A stretch of 64,000 nt of DNA from Candidatus Bathyarchaeia archaeon (GCA_050010755.1 JBEKKK010000001.1:416001-480000), one strand, 5' to 3'; positions 1-9,391 are shown, counted from the stretch's first letter. Numbers and translations: made by a program. Notes: generated by a model from the sequence alone, not told the origin.

Positions 1-2
1 CA

Positions 3-65
3 AAGTTCGCTGAAGTGCCTCCTCCAGTGCCTCCTCCGCTACCGCCACCCCCGCCTCCGCCCTAA
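3..65 (+). CDS. 3' end of a gene entering the window, with a poly-proline C-terminal tail
   Basis: Frame from position 3 reads KFAEVPPPVPPPLPPPPPPP then TAA at 63-65. Confidence 0.6.
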   Translation, partial: KFAEVPPPVPPPLPPPPPPP

Positions 66-747
66 ACATGTATCGCGCGCGTCACCATACGGCCTCTAGA
101 GATTGTGTTTGCGGCTAGCGCTGTATAAACCTCGGAATAGCTATTTAGTTTAAGGACAAACTGCGCGCGCTATCTGTTCCTATCCATGATTTCAGAGCGC
201 GTCTTGATGATTGTTGAAGAAATATATTTTGTCGGAATATTGGAATATCTGGAATATGCCTTTTTAGCCTTGCCAACCTAAAGAAGATGTTGAATGTGAA
301 CCTCTTCAAAGTTACGATTTGTGCGTGTGTGTGGAAAAATGACGAACTTGAATGTAGAAAATGTTGGTAGCGAAACCAGTCAAGCGAGGAAAATTGAGGA
401 ACTTTTGGCCGAATTTGAGTACGCCAAGTTCGACTTATGGATTCAATAAGCACTCGTTATGGTCAGCACTCTCTCCAATTAAACAGCGGCAAAGAATGGC
501 AGCCAAGCTTCTAGGAGTAAATGAAGCGCATCCTCCGCCACCATATGGCACCTCGCATCGTCTTAAAGCGTCAAGGTGGCGCGCGAGCGTGGCGCTTTCT
601 GCGGTCCAAGAAACTGTCCGAAATGCGACAAACTCGGGTTCCCTTAAGCTACGCGAAACAGCGCGCGTGCTACGCCTCTTAACTTTTTTCTGTTACTATT
701 TCAACAATTGCGAAATCTTCGGTTGAAATGGGTTCATGTAAATCTGT

Positions 748-1083
748 CTAGGGTGTGATCGTCAATTCTTTGAGTCTGTTCGACACTGTTTTGTGAAGAC
801 AATTGCGCAAGGTCTGTCCTTGAAGTTTTCTATTTCTTATTTTCGCTATTTCTTCGGTCAGTTTTTTGTCTTTAAGAACATCTGTTGCCCACTTTTCAAA
901 GTCTCCACGCTCGAGATGGAAATTCAGCGACTCTACCTTGACCTGCGTGATCATCTTCACAAAGTCTTCGTATGAAGCGGCGCTTAACCCAGCATACTTA
1001 CCTATGCTAACGTAGAAATGGAACGGTGCAACCTGCTTGCTTTTCTCCAAACTCATGGGAAACACTGAATGCAAACTGATCAT
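748..1083 (-). CDS. DUF5752-family protein
   Basis: FHFY..IG...G..A.S...F...V..ESL.FHLERGDFEKW pattern typical of DUF5752. Confidence 0.7.
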   Translation of the reverse strand: MISLHSVFPMSLEKSKQVAPFHFYVSIGKYAGLSAASYEDFVKMITQVKVESLNFHLERGDFEKWATDVLKDKKLTEEIAKIRNRKLQGQTLRNCLHKTVSNRLKELTITP

Positions 1084-1228
1084 CAGTACGGATATAGTTT
1101 ATGAAAACTGGATCAAGATTCAGACTCAACCAGAGCCTCCATTGGTTGAATTTAAATCTGGCGCATGCTACCCAGAAATAAATCCTCCAGAATATATTGA
1201 GAACTGCACATTAGAGCGTGCCAACGCC

Positions 1229-2068
1229 TTAGACTTCCTTGCACTTGGGACATAGCCTGTTTTTGGATGTGACTTCTTGAATAAAGAGCCTTCCACAGCC
1301 TATCCCTTGCTTTGGATCCGAGCACACGAAGACGCCCGTGCTCTTTTCAGCATCGTTACTAGGATGGTGAACCCAGTAGACCTCCCTGATCACGGGTGGG
1401 CGCGGGGAAGTCAAATCCGCAAGCTCTGATGCCGCGTGCTCGTCCAGCTCCCAGCCGTATCGAGTGGCTGTGCGAAGGTCACGCTTCTTGACCGTTTTGT
1501 TCCCGAGCTCGCCCGAGAGAAAAGTGTAAAACCAATCCAAGTTCGGCTCAAGGCTATAGTACACGACTCTAGAAACGAAACCTCCTGGACAACTGTAGAC
1601 TCCGACTACTCCATTTTTCTCTGTCTGGAGAATTCTAAAGTTTGCTGGCTCTGCGCAGTGCCGTCTGCACTCAACCTTGAAGACCAAGTGTCTCTTTATG
1701 AAATCGTATAGCGAGTACGCGGCATTCTTCTGTGTCTGCAGAAGATTTTGATAGAATTTGCTTTTCAAGAGACTGATCCACCGAGCCTCAGTTATTTGGA
1801 CCGACTCGGAGAAGCCTGTGAAAATGTGTTCAACTTCCCCGCCGTCAAACTCCAAGAATATCTGGGGGATAATGTAGTCCTCCACGTAGTCACCGTATTC
1901 TTTTACAAGTCGATCGGCGATCCTCTCTTGCCCGGCGATATCGATGTCAAGAACTCTCAAGGGAACCCCAAGCTCGTCCGCCATTTTCTGGGCGTATTCC
2001 CTCGATAACGGGACACAGTGTGGACACCAGTTCGCTAGCACTACTGTGACGCGCTTAACCTTAGCCAT
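1229..2068 (-). CDS. Thioredoxin-like (WCPHC) domain fused to a Cys-rich, probably metal-binding C-terminal domain
   Basis: N-terminal WCPHC and IIPQIF cis-Pro loop; C-terminal CRRHC, YSCPGG, CSDPKQGIGC, CPKC. Confidence 0.65.
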   Translation of the reverse strand: MAKVKRVTVVLANWCPHCVPLSREYAQKMADELGVPLRVLDIDIAGQERIADRLVKEYGDYVEDYIIPQIFLEFDGGEVEHIFTGFSESVQITEARWISLLKSKFYQNLLQTQKNAAYSLYDFIKRHLVFKVECRRHCAEPANFRILQTEKNGVVGVYSCPGGFVSRVVYYSLEPNLDWFYTFLSGELGNKTVKKRDLRTATRYGWELDEHAASELADLTSPRPPVIREVYWVHHPSNDAEKSTGVFVCSDPKQGIGCGRLFIQEVTSKNRLCPKCKEV

Positions 2069-2128
2069 CGCAACACCTAGCAGACAACGATTATTTCAGG
2101 TATTTATTAAATCAGGTGGGCACACTTG

Positions 2129-2992
2129 TCAGAATCGCGTTATTATTTCCTTTGCAAAGTGTTGCAGGTTTTCTAGGTTTGAAAATCTGAGTGTGATTAG
2201 GCCTATTCCTCTCTTCTTGTACTCTTCGATAGTTTCAACTGTCTTTTCTGTGGCGTTAGGTGTCGTTCCGCTCTCCATGTTCATCGCTGTGGCTTTCCTG
2301 ATCTTGCTGTAGTCTGTGCCCACGGTCTTACAGTGTTTTCTTAGGACTGAGAGCTTATGCTCAAGCTCGTCTACGTTCGCTGCAAACAGGTGACTGATGT
2401 CAGCGTGCTCAGCGGCAATCTTCAGGGTTACTTTTTCTCCGCTTCCGCCGACCATGATCGGTATATGCTTCTGCACTGGTTGCGGTGAGTTGAGGACGTT
2501 ATCAATGTCATACATCTTGCCGTGGTAGGTTGTACGGTCCTTGGAGAACATTGACTTGCATATCTCCACGGTTTCACGAAGCCCTTGAAGCCTCTCTTTT
2601 GGAGATGGAAATCCACCCATGAAGCCTTTGAACTCGTCCTCGTGCCACCCTGCCCCGATACCGAAGATTAGCCTGCCGCCAGAGATTATGTCGACCGTTG
2701 TAGCGATCTTGGCCAAGACCGTTGGTCTTCTATACCCGTAGCAGCTCACAAGAGGACCAAGCATTATTCTGCTCGTCACGGCGGCTAGAGCGCCCAGTGT
2801 TGTCCAACATTCCAGAGGATGGTTGCTCGCCCCATTGGGATTCCTCATGTTCATCATGTGATCCGTCATTGTGAAAAGGTCAAACCCAGTCTCTTCAGCA
2901 GCTAGGCATATGCGCTTCTCGTCCGCGAAGTTTCTTCCCTCAGGAGGAGCATGAACTCCAAACCACATGTCCTTCGGCATAAGTATCACCAA
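2129..2992 (-). CDS. LLM-class (luciferase-like, probably F420-dependent) oxidoreductase
   Basis: AEETGFD..TDH, ECWTTLGALAAVT, D.ISGGRLIFGIGAGW, P.P.Q..IPIMVGGSGEK. Confidence 0.9.
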   Translation of the reverse strand: MVILMPKDMWFGVHAPPEGRNFADEKRICLAAEETGFDLFTMTDHMMNMRNPNGASNHPLECWTTLGALAAVTSRIMLGPLVSCYGYRRPTVLAKIATTVDIISGGRLIFGIGAGWHEDEFKGFMGGFPSPKERLQGLRETVEICKSMFSKDRTTYHGKMYDIDNVLNSPQPVQKHIPIMVGGSGEKVTLKIAAEHADISHLFAANVDELEHKLSVLRKHCKTVGTDYSKIRKATAMNMESGTTPNATEKTVETIEEYKKRGIGLITLRFSNLENLQHFAKEIITRF

Positions 2993-3159
2993 CTAAAGAA
3001 GGATAACTGAACCAATTTAACCCTTAGGGTCCATCTGGTGCAAGGCCAACTTTCTGGCGCGGCCTCGGCGGGAATGAGAAACAAGAATGATTCCCAAGAA
3101 TTGTACCTAAAAGTGACTTTATTCAACAGAATTAAGGATGTTTGAAGCGAAGTTAAGCT

Positions 3160-3244
3160 TGTCAACTTTTCTTGACTTGAGCCTCAACTGGCTGCTGACT
3201 GTTTTTGAAAATTGGGACGCTTTTAGTGTCAAGTTTTCTTGACA
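3160..3244. promoter_or_regulatory. Two palindromic operator-like boxes upstream of the wHTH gene
   Basis: TGTCAAG-TTTT-CTTGACA (3227-3244, perfect 7-4-7 inverted repeat) and TGTCAACTTTTCTTGAC (3160-3176). Confidence 0.6.
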
Positions 3245-3291
3245 AAAAGGTTTTCTTTGCGTTGCTCTTATCATGCTAGTGGAGACTTCTT

Positions 3292-4350
3292 ATGTCTGCT
3301 AACGATGAAGAACCATATTCAACCATTTTTGCATCTTTGAAACATCCTATTCGTCGTAGGATTCTTAGAATGTTGTCAGTGAAGCCTATGAGTTTCTCGG
3401 AAATGCTTGAGGTTCTGGGGGTGTCTAGCTCATTTCTGAATTATCACATTGAAAACTTGGGAGAACTTGTCGGCAAGACGGAGGATGGTAAGTACAAACT
3501 TTCTAGTTTTGGAGAAGCCGCAATGGCAACGATGATGAGGGTTGAAGACATCCCAAGAGCCGTACCCCAACAACTCTCAAGAAGCGCAGAAAGTAGTTCT
3601 CACGAACCGTCAGGACCTCGGGGTATTATTGCAAAGATATTCAAAATGGATAGGACAACATCGAGAAAAGTTGTCAGAAGAAGCGTCGCAATTTCTCTCG
3701 GGATAATCTGCATCTTATTGATTGCAAGTCTGGGTGGAGCATTGGCATACTACACTATGATAATCCACAACAAGGAAAATGAATTAGGCTCTGCAAACAA
3801 CACGATTAGTCAGTTGAACACCAACGCAACGAACCTTCAAAATCAAGACAAGCAACTGCAAACATGGCTAGATGGAAACAAGACATTGCTCAACCAGACA
3901 CAAACTAATAATACAAATTTGCGCAACCAGATTGACTTTTTGAACTCTAATGCCACAAATCTCCAAAATCAAGTGAATAACTTCCACATCGGAAGTACAG
4001 AAAACTCCACGATATGGGTTAATAACGAAATCGTGCATACAAACGAAATTGTGTACGACGCAGAGACTGGCGAAAATCTAACCCTCATTGGGGTTGTCAG
4101 GGCTATATACGTACCTTCTGCGGGGTACGTTTCGGTTCGAGTTTCATCAAACAATAACTCAACATTTGTTGGACTTGGGACTCCTTACGTCAGCGGCACC
4201 AACGTTTCTTTCCCGACTTATGACCAATTTAATGTGGGTTTCGGTGGAACAGTAGTTTTTCCAGTCTTGCCAACTTCCTTCACAGATATCTCCTTTGGCA
4301 GTTCCATCGGCGAAGCAACTCTTGCAGTAACAATAACATACTACTACTAG
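3292..4350 (+). CDS. Membrane-anchored ArsR-like winged-helix protein with coiled coil and extracellular domain
   Basis: IFASLKHPIRRRIL...SFSEM...SSFLNYHIENLGELV.K..DGKYKLS; one TM helix; N/Q-rich coiled coil; many N-x-S/T sequons. Confidence 0.8.
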   Translation: MSANDEEPYSTIFASLKHPIRRRILRMLSVKPMSFSEMLEVLGVSSSFLNYHIENLGELVGKTEDGKYKLSSFGEAAMATMMRVEDIPRAVPQQLSRSAESSSHEPSGPRGIIAKIFKMDRTTSRKVVRRSVAISLGIICILLIASLGGALAYYTMIIHNKENELGSANNTISQLNTNATNLQNQDKQLQTWLDGNKTLLNQTQTNNTNLRNQIDFLNSNATNLQNQVNNFHIGSTENSTIWVNNEIVHTNEIVYDAETGENLTLIGVVRAIYVPSAGYVSVRVSSNNNSTFVGLGTPYVSGTNVSFPTYDQFNVGFGGTVVFPVLPTSFTDISFGSSIGEATLAVTITYYY

Positions 4351-4451
4351 AACCCACCCTCTTTTTCTAGCCTAAGCCATACGCACAAAAGGCTCTAGTC
4401 AAGCTGAAAGAGGAAGTTGAGAAACAGATTTCGATGACACCTGAAGTTCTC

Positions 4452-4565
4452 TGATTTCTGTCTGTTTCTGTCTGTGTGTGTCTGTGTCTGACCCTGAGTA
4501 GTAGTAAGTAGTAGGTAGGTAGTAGTAGAGGAAGTAGAGAGAGAAAGGGTAAAGTTTTATCCCAA
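4452..4565. repeat. Low-complexity microsatellite-like tract ending in GGGTAAAGTTTTATCC
   Basis: TCTG/TGTC repeats, then (AGT)n/GTAG repeats, then a purine tract; similar architecture at 53020-53146. Confidence 0.6.
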
Positions 4566-4846
4566 AAGCGCGCGAAAGAATTGTTTTCGACATTTACGCA
4601 CGCGCATCTGACGGTTCTCTTTTCCTTTTCCGCTTCATCTGAGTGGTACGGAAGAAAGAAGTCGCTGAAACGACAATGATTACGGCTTTGATGAATAGGA
4701 TAATATAGGCTCTCGCGGCTGAGCGTACGCTTATGGTTTGTGGTTCTTGGGCTTCACTGTGAATGCATAGTGACAGCGAAATTGCTTGTGTCGAATAACT
4801 AATGTGGTGCCCCCCTAAATGTTATTAGGGTTCAGGCAGCATATAT

Positions 4847-5803
4847 TTGCAATTGGTGCCAGTCTTGGCGTCCAATTCGGTCTTGAACATTTCGGACGTG
4901 ACAAAGTATTATGGAAAGTTCAAGGCTTTGGATTCTGTTTCCTTCTCTGTTGACAAAGGCTGGGTGTATGGCTATCTTGGACCGAACGGAGCAGGCAAGA
5001 CAACTACTATCAGGATTATGCTGGGTCTCCTCGAACCGAATCGAGGAGAAGTTCAGATAGGTGGTGTTAACCCAATTAAAGATCCTGTTCAGGCTTTCAG
5101 GTCTGTTGGTTATGCTTCGGAACTTCCAACGCTTCAAACTTTCTTCACGGCGGAGCAGCTGCTTGATTTTATGGGGAAGATGTTCAGGCTGTCCACGCAA
5201 GCTAGAAAGGAAAAGACCTGGCAGCTTCTCAACCTTGTTGGTTTGAAAGAGTGGGGAAAAAGGAAGATTGGAACCTACAGCAAGGGAATGGTTCAGAGGC
5301 TGTCTTTGGCCCTTGCTCTCATCAACGATCCAATGGTTCTGATTATGGACGAGCCCACAATAGGCATGGATCCGGAGGCCGCAGTTAATTTCAGAAACCT
5401 CTTCATAAACCTCTCAAAGGAGGGCAAAACCATCTTTATATCGTCTCACTTGCTGGACGAGGTTCAAAGAATCTGCACTCACGTAGGAATGATAAACAAG
5501 GGAAAGATCCTTTTCAGCGGCCCAATTGACCAAGTGCTGGACGCCTTCACTCAAAAATGGGTCGTGGAAGTCGAACTCGAAAAAGTGAGCGAAAAAATTG
5601 TCTCAAGCCTCAAAACGCTTGACTCCGTTGGCGATGTCAAAGTGGACGGAAACAGACTGATGATAGAGCTGAAAGAGAAGAAGGACGTGAGAGGCGAGAT
5701 TTCTTCAGAAATCTTCAAACAGCAAGGCGTGCTGCTGAGCCTGAACCTACGCAAGATAACGCTGGAAGATGCTTATCTCCAAGCTCTGAAAGGAGGCCAA
5801 TAG
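4847..5803 (+). CDS. ABC-2 type transporter ATP-binding protein
   Basis: GPNGAGKTT Walker A, YSKGM signature, LIMDEP Walker B, SSH. Confidence 0.95.
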   Translation: MQLVPVLASNSVLNISDVTKYYGKFKALDSVSFSVDKGWVYGYLGPNGAGKTTTIRIMLGLLEPNRGEVQIGGVNPIKDPVQAFRSVGYASELPTLQTFFTAEQLLDFMGKMFRLSTQARKEKTWQLLNLVGLKEWGKRKIGTYSKGMVQRLSLALALINDPMVLIMDEPTIGMDPEAAVNFRNLFINLSKEGKTIFISSHLLDEVQRICTHVGMINKGKILFSGPIDQVLDAFTQKWVVEVELEKVSEKIVSSLKTLDSVGDVKVDGNRLMIELKEKKDVRGEISSEIFKQQGVLLSLNLRKITLEDAYLQALKGGQ

Positions 5804-5804
5804 C

Positions 5805-6644
5805 GTGGGTGCGCTTGGAAGAGTCTGTGAGGCTCTTGAAAGAGTCGGTGTCATTGCTGGATACGAGTGGAGAAGAGGCATCGCAAAAAAGAGTGTGCTT
5901 GCTCTTGTGATTCTGGCCGTGGCAATTCAGACGTTGGTAATTGTCTCCAACTATGAGTTTAATCGCTCGTCGGGGATAGTGCCCTCGGGCAACGCCTTCA
6001 TGTGGATTTCAACCGTGCTGGAAGGAGGAGCCCAAGCCTTGTTTATCCCGCTGATCGCCATAATAGTTGCAGGCGGTTCGATGTCGGAAGAATATGAACA
6101 CGGAACCGCTGACATACTGCTCTCCAAACCGATTAGTCGGATTGAGTACATGTTCGGGAAGTTCATGGGCGGATACTCTTTGTTGGCGTTGGTTGAAGCA
6201 CTGATAACTGTTGTAAGCGTTGGCCTTTCAATCGGGTTCTTCGGTGCACAAAGCGACCTGCAATTCGCTCCGTTAATGTTTTTGGCGATCGCGTACTCTT
6301 CCCTCATTTTCTTCTGTCTATCATTCATGTTCAGCGAAGTTTTCAGAGGAACTACTCTCGCAATACTACTAGCCTTCGCAATGTACATCGCCTCATTGGT
6401 CATGACCCCCATCTTGTCCTTTCTCTACGGCAACGTCTCGCGGGTCGTTCCGACGTGGGCGGCAACAGGCTTTCCATCATTTCTCCTGAGCCGCCTGATA
6501 ACCGCGTCAAACACTGTTCTTCCCTCAGCTGACACTGAAGCTCTTTACGAAGCAGCACTAATCATCGCGGTTTACACTGTAGTCTTTGTCGCCATTGCAG
6601 CACTAAGGCTTCTCAAGTCAGATGTTACGAAGAAAACAGACTAG
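5805..6644 (+). CDS. ABC-2 type transporter permease
   Basis: About 6 TM helices, E.E.GT...LLSKPISR....GK motif, directly after the ATPase. Confidence 0.9.
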   Translation: MGALGRVCEALERVGVIAGYEWRRGIAKKSVLALVILAVAIQTLVIVSNYEFNRSSGIVPSGNAFMWISTVLEGGAQALFIPLIAIIVAGGSMSEEYEHGTADILLSKPISRIEYMFGKFMGGYSLLALVEALITVVSVGLSIGFFGAQSDLQFAPLMFLAIAYSSLIFFCLSFMFSEVFRGTTLAILLAFAMYIASLVMTPILSFLYGNVSRVVPTWAATGFPSFLLSRLITASNTVLPSADTEALYEAALIIAVYTVVFVAIAALRLLKSDVTKKTD

Positions 6645-6681
6645 ACACCAGCGGGACATCAAAGCTTCTTGACCGGACATG

Positions 6682-7032
6682 CTACCTTTTGTTCAGCCAG
6701 GATACTTTCCATTCTGAGACGCGGTTGCCGCGTATTTTTGCGGTCCAGATGTTTGGGCCCTCGAGTTGTTTGAAGGAGCAGGTGGAGTGACCGACCATGA
6801 CGACGGTGTTGTCTTGAATCGTTATGCTGGTGAATTTGTTTCTGTAATCGGGGTATTGTTTGAAGAACTGTCTCCAACCTTCTTTCATGGCGTTTTTGCC
6901 TTTGGTGACGTTTCCTTCGGCGTCTATGAACGTGTGGTCGCTGGTCATTAGTTCAGCTAAACCCTCTGGGTCTTGCTGGTTGATTTTTTCGTTGAACCTC
7001 AAAGCCGTTAACATTAACTTTGAAGAGTCCAT
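6682..7032 (-). CDS. NTF2/SnoaL-like protein
   Basis: FNEKIN..D...L..LM..DH.FID..G...G...W..FF..PDY pattern. Confidence 0.8.
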   Translation of the reverse strand: MDSSKLMLTALRFNEKINQQDPEGLAELMTSDHTFIDAEGNVTKGKNAMKEGWRQFFKQYPDYRNKFTSITIQDNTVVMVGHSTCSFKQLEGPNIWTAKIRGNRVSEWKVSWLNKR

Positions 7033-7199
7033 GTCGACTTGAAAATAGGGATCAACCGATTTAAGTTTTTATCGGAACGCCCAAAACGTTTTCGGGTTTA
7101 CTCGGAACAAAAAGTGTTGAAATGATTAAGAAGCCTTGGAAGGAATGATGGAAACGGGTTCTGCTTCACATATGGTGAGTCTTGCCAGTTTGTCTGATT

Positions 7200-7682
7200 C
7201 TATTTTGTTCTTTCAAGTATTGATTCGCCGTAGCTCTTGAATTCTTGTCCAGGTTTTGCCATTTCCAGGCCCGTTGCTATCTTGGTGTTCGAAATCTTTC
7301 TTATGGTGGAACGCCAGAGCATCCCAGGACCGACTTGCTTCGACATGGGTTCGGTTGTTATGTCGAATTTCAAACTTTCTTTGGTTCTTGCGCATTCCAC
7401 TTCGTTGTTGACGAAACCATACGAAAAGAAAGTCTTACGTCTGAACTTCTTCTCACCGTCATCATAGAATAGTATTGAAATACTTTTGTTGAGCAAAACA
7501 CCTGCACACCAGTTTTCGCCAGTGCTCATGATGAACGAATCGCTAGGCTCACACGAAAACACTGTCCTGCCCTCAATCACGCCCTTCTCACCGAACTGTC
7601 CACCCTTCGTCTTTCCCTTCCAAGTGCCGACGAGGAATTTCCACTCATCCAACGGAGAACTCGAAGCCATACAATTCACCAT
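7200..7682 (-). CDS. Hypothetical beta-barrel protein (DUF1579/THAP4-like)
   Basis: FLVGTWKG start, YD..EKKF and F.SYG motifs. Confidence 0.55.
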   Translation of the reverse strand: MVNCMASSSPLDEWKFLVGTWKGKTKGGQFGEKGVIEGRTVFSCEPSDSFIMSTGENWCAGVLLNKSISILFYDDGEKKFRRKTFFSYGFVNNEVECARTKESLKFDITTEPMSKQVGPGMLWRSTIRKISNTKIATGLEMAKPGQEFKSYGESILERTK

Positions 7683-7817
7683 TTGAGAAACAATCTAGGT
7701 TTGGCGTATTAAACTGTTCCAGCAGAGCGGTAGTCTTTACTGAAAAATCCTCTCTTGCCATCTTTGCTTACGGGTTAAATCGCAATTAAAGTGTTTCAGT
7801 TTGTTGATCCTTGGAAG

Positions 7818-7954
7818 TGGCGGGCCCGCAGGGATTTGAACCCTGGGTCTCCGGCTCCGCAGGCCAGCGTCTTAATCCAATCTAGGGCTTCTGGAACTAG
7901 GACTCGGGCTTTAGACCCCCCCAAACCCAGACAACCTGACTAGACTACGGGCCC
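7818..7954 (-). tRNA. tRNA-Arg(GCG) with a 58-nt non-canonical D-loop intron (about 7880-7937) and encoded CCA
   Basis: Minus strand: GGGCCCG acceptor, GTCT/AGAC D-stem, CTGGC-CT GCG GA-GCCGG anticodon arm, CAGGG TTCAAAT CCCTG T-arm, GCCA end; relaxed BHB with a CUAG/CUAG helix. Confidence 0.9.
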
Positions 7955-8093
7955 ACACAAAGGAATACTGCACGAAGACAGAATAATAAATACTCTCCTG
8001 CAAATGAAGAACTCGAGGCTCTCAGAATGCACACTCGCAACAGCCTCACGAAAGCGCTTTAATCATATCCGAAATTTTTCCAAAACGCTATAA
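7955..8093 (+). pseudogene. Probable remnant of a tyrosine recombinase/integrase N-terminus abutting the tRNA
   Basis: LDYGPTQRNTA, then a frameshift, then EDRIINTLLQMKNSRLSECTLATASRK; resembles N-termini of tRNA-adjacent archaeal integrases; recognised from memory only. Confidence 0.4.
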
Positions 8094-8116
8094 ACAATTC
8101 AACCTCAATTCACATT

Positions 8117-8488
8117 ATGGCTAAAGTAGTGAAAAAGACACCGAAAAGCGTCGATGATTACATTGCGATGGCACCAAAAGAATTGCAGGGCAAACTTGAG
8201 GAGCTTCGGGTAGCAATCAAAGAAACAGCTCCGACTGTGGTGGAAAGTATCAGTTATGGAATGCCATATTATGACTACAAGGGGCGACTTGCCTACTTTC
8301 GTCTGGCGAAAACACACATTGGACTCTACGTACCCCACGGGGTAGTGGAGGAACACAAAAATGAACTAGCAGATTACGAAACCGCCAATGCAACCGTCCG
8401 CTTTTCTCTGGACAAAAAACTTCCCGTCGCGCTCATAAAGAAACTAGTCAGAGCCGGAATTAAAAAGAACGAAGCCACAAAAAAATAA
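8117..8488 (+). CDS. DUF1801 (YdhG-like) protein
   Basis: SVDDYI..AP...L.ELR..I...AP...E.ISYGMP.Y...K.HIGLY...F.LDKKLP..LIKKLV. Confidence 0.9.
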   Translation: MAKVVKKTPKSVDDYIAMAPKELQGKLEELRVAIKETAPTVVESISYGMPYYDYKGRLAYFRLAKTHIGLYVPHGVVEEHKNELADYETANATVRFSLDKKLPVALIKKLVRAGIKKNEATKK

Positions 8489-8552
8489 ACCCACAACTCA
8501 CGCTCGAAACGTTTAAGCACCTAAAAAGTCCTCCATTATTCAGGATGATTCT

Positions 8553-8915
8553 ATGGCCGTCGATAAAATTACGATGATTCATTTGTTGGTCCGTGACATG
8601 GATAAGGCCAAATTGTTCTACACGGACAAGTTAGGCTTCAAGGCCGCCCAAGATTACGGATACGAGGATAACCGCTGGGTGGTCGTTGTTCCCCCTGGGG
8701 GCGGCACATAGGTTGTTCTCGGCACAAAATTTGAAGAACTCAAACTCGGGTGCATCATGAAGCTGTATCTCTCAACCTCGGACGTTGAAGAAGTCCACAA
8801 AGATCTGAAAGCAAAAGGCGTCAAACCAAACGACGAAGTCAGAAACGACTCATGGGGCAAATGGTTCAGCGTAAACGATCCAGACGGCAATTACTGGTTC
8901 ATCGTACAATCCTGA
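8553..8915 (+). pseudogene. VOC/glyoxalase-family gene interrupted by one in-frame TAG (8709-8711)
   Basis: MAVDKITMIHLLVRDMDKAKLFYTDKLGF...RWVVVVPPGGGT*VVLG...SDVEEVHKDLKAKGV...WGKWFSVNDPDGN; absent from the ORF track because of the stop. Confidence 0.85.
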
Positions 8916-8920
8916 GTTAT

Positions 8921-9391
8921 CTACATAGTGTGTTTGATTTTCTCTCCTACAGAATAGAGGAAGAGGCTGGCTGAGGAAGGCCCCAACCATTTGAATCTGG
9001 CGGTTAGCTCTTTGACAACTGATGAGTAATTGTGCGATTTGTCCAGTTTATCGAGGTATTTTTGGAAAGAGCCGTACTCCTTCTTGATTTTTTCGAACTC
9101 TTTGGCGTTCTGAATGATACTTGAAATCTTTCCTTTGTTTCGGACGATGCCCTCGTCTTTCATCAAACGCGCAATATCCGAGCTAGTGAAGACTGAGACT
9201 TTCTCCGTGGAAAAATTGTCAAACGCTTTCTTCGTTGTGAGCCACTTCTTCTCCACCACGCTCCAGTTCAATCCAGCCTGAAAGATGATTCGACACATGT
9301 TCTCAAAATAGACAGAATCGCTGGAAGGTCTCTTGTCTACATGTATCCAATCTGGAGGACTCCAATGTTCCGGCGTAAGATTCACCCGCAC
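8921..9391 (-). CDS. tag: DNA-3-methyladenine glycosylase I family protein
   Basis: FE....IFQAGLNW..V.KK...AF..F....V......I.RLM.D.GIVRN..KI..I.NA; FKWLGP. Confidence 0.85.
   Translation of the reverse strand: MRVNLTPEHWSPPDWIHVDKRPSSDSVYFENMCRIIFQAGLNWSVVEKKWLTTKKAFDNFSTEKVSVFTSSDIARLMKDEGIVRNKGKISSIIQNAKEFEKIKKEYGSFQKYLDKLDKSHNYSSVVKELTARFKWLGPSSASLFLYSVGEKIKHTM

Noticed and set aside
145-726. ORFs 145-453 (-) and 361-726 (+), and GGAATAT x3 near 227-250
   Set aside because: No recognisable motifs; probably decayed or non-coding sequence
4670-4725. TGATGA...CTGA resembling a C/D box sRNA
   Set aside because: Spacing too short and no convincing internal C'/D' boxes
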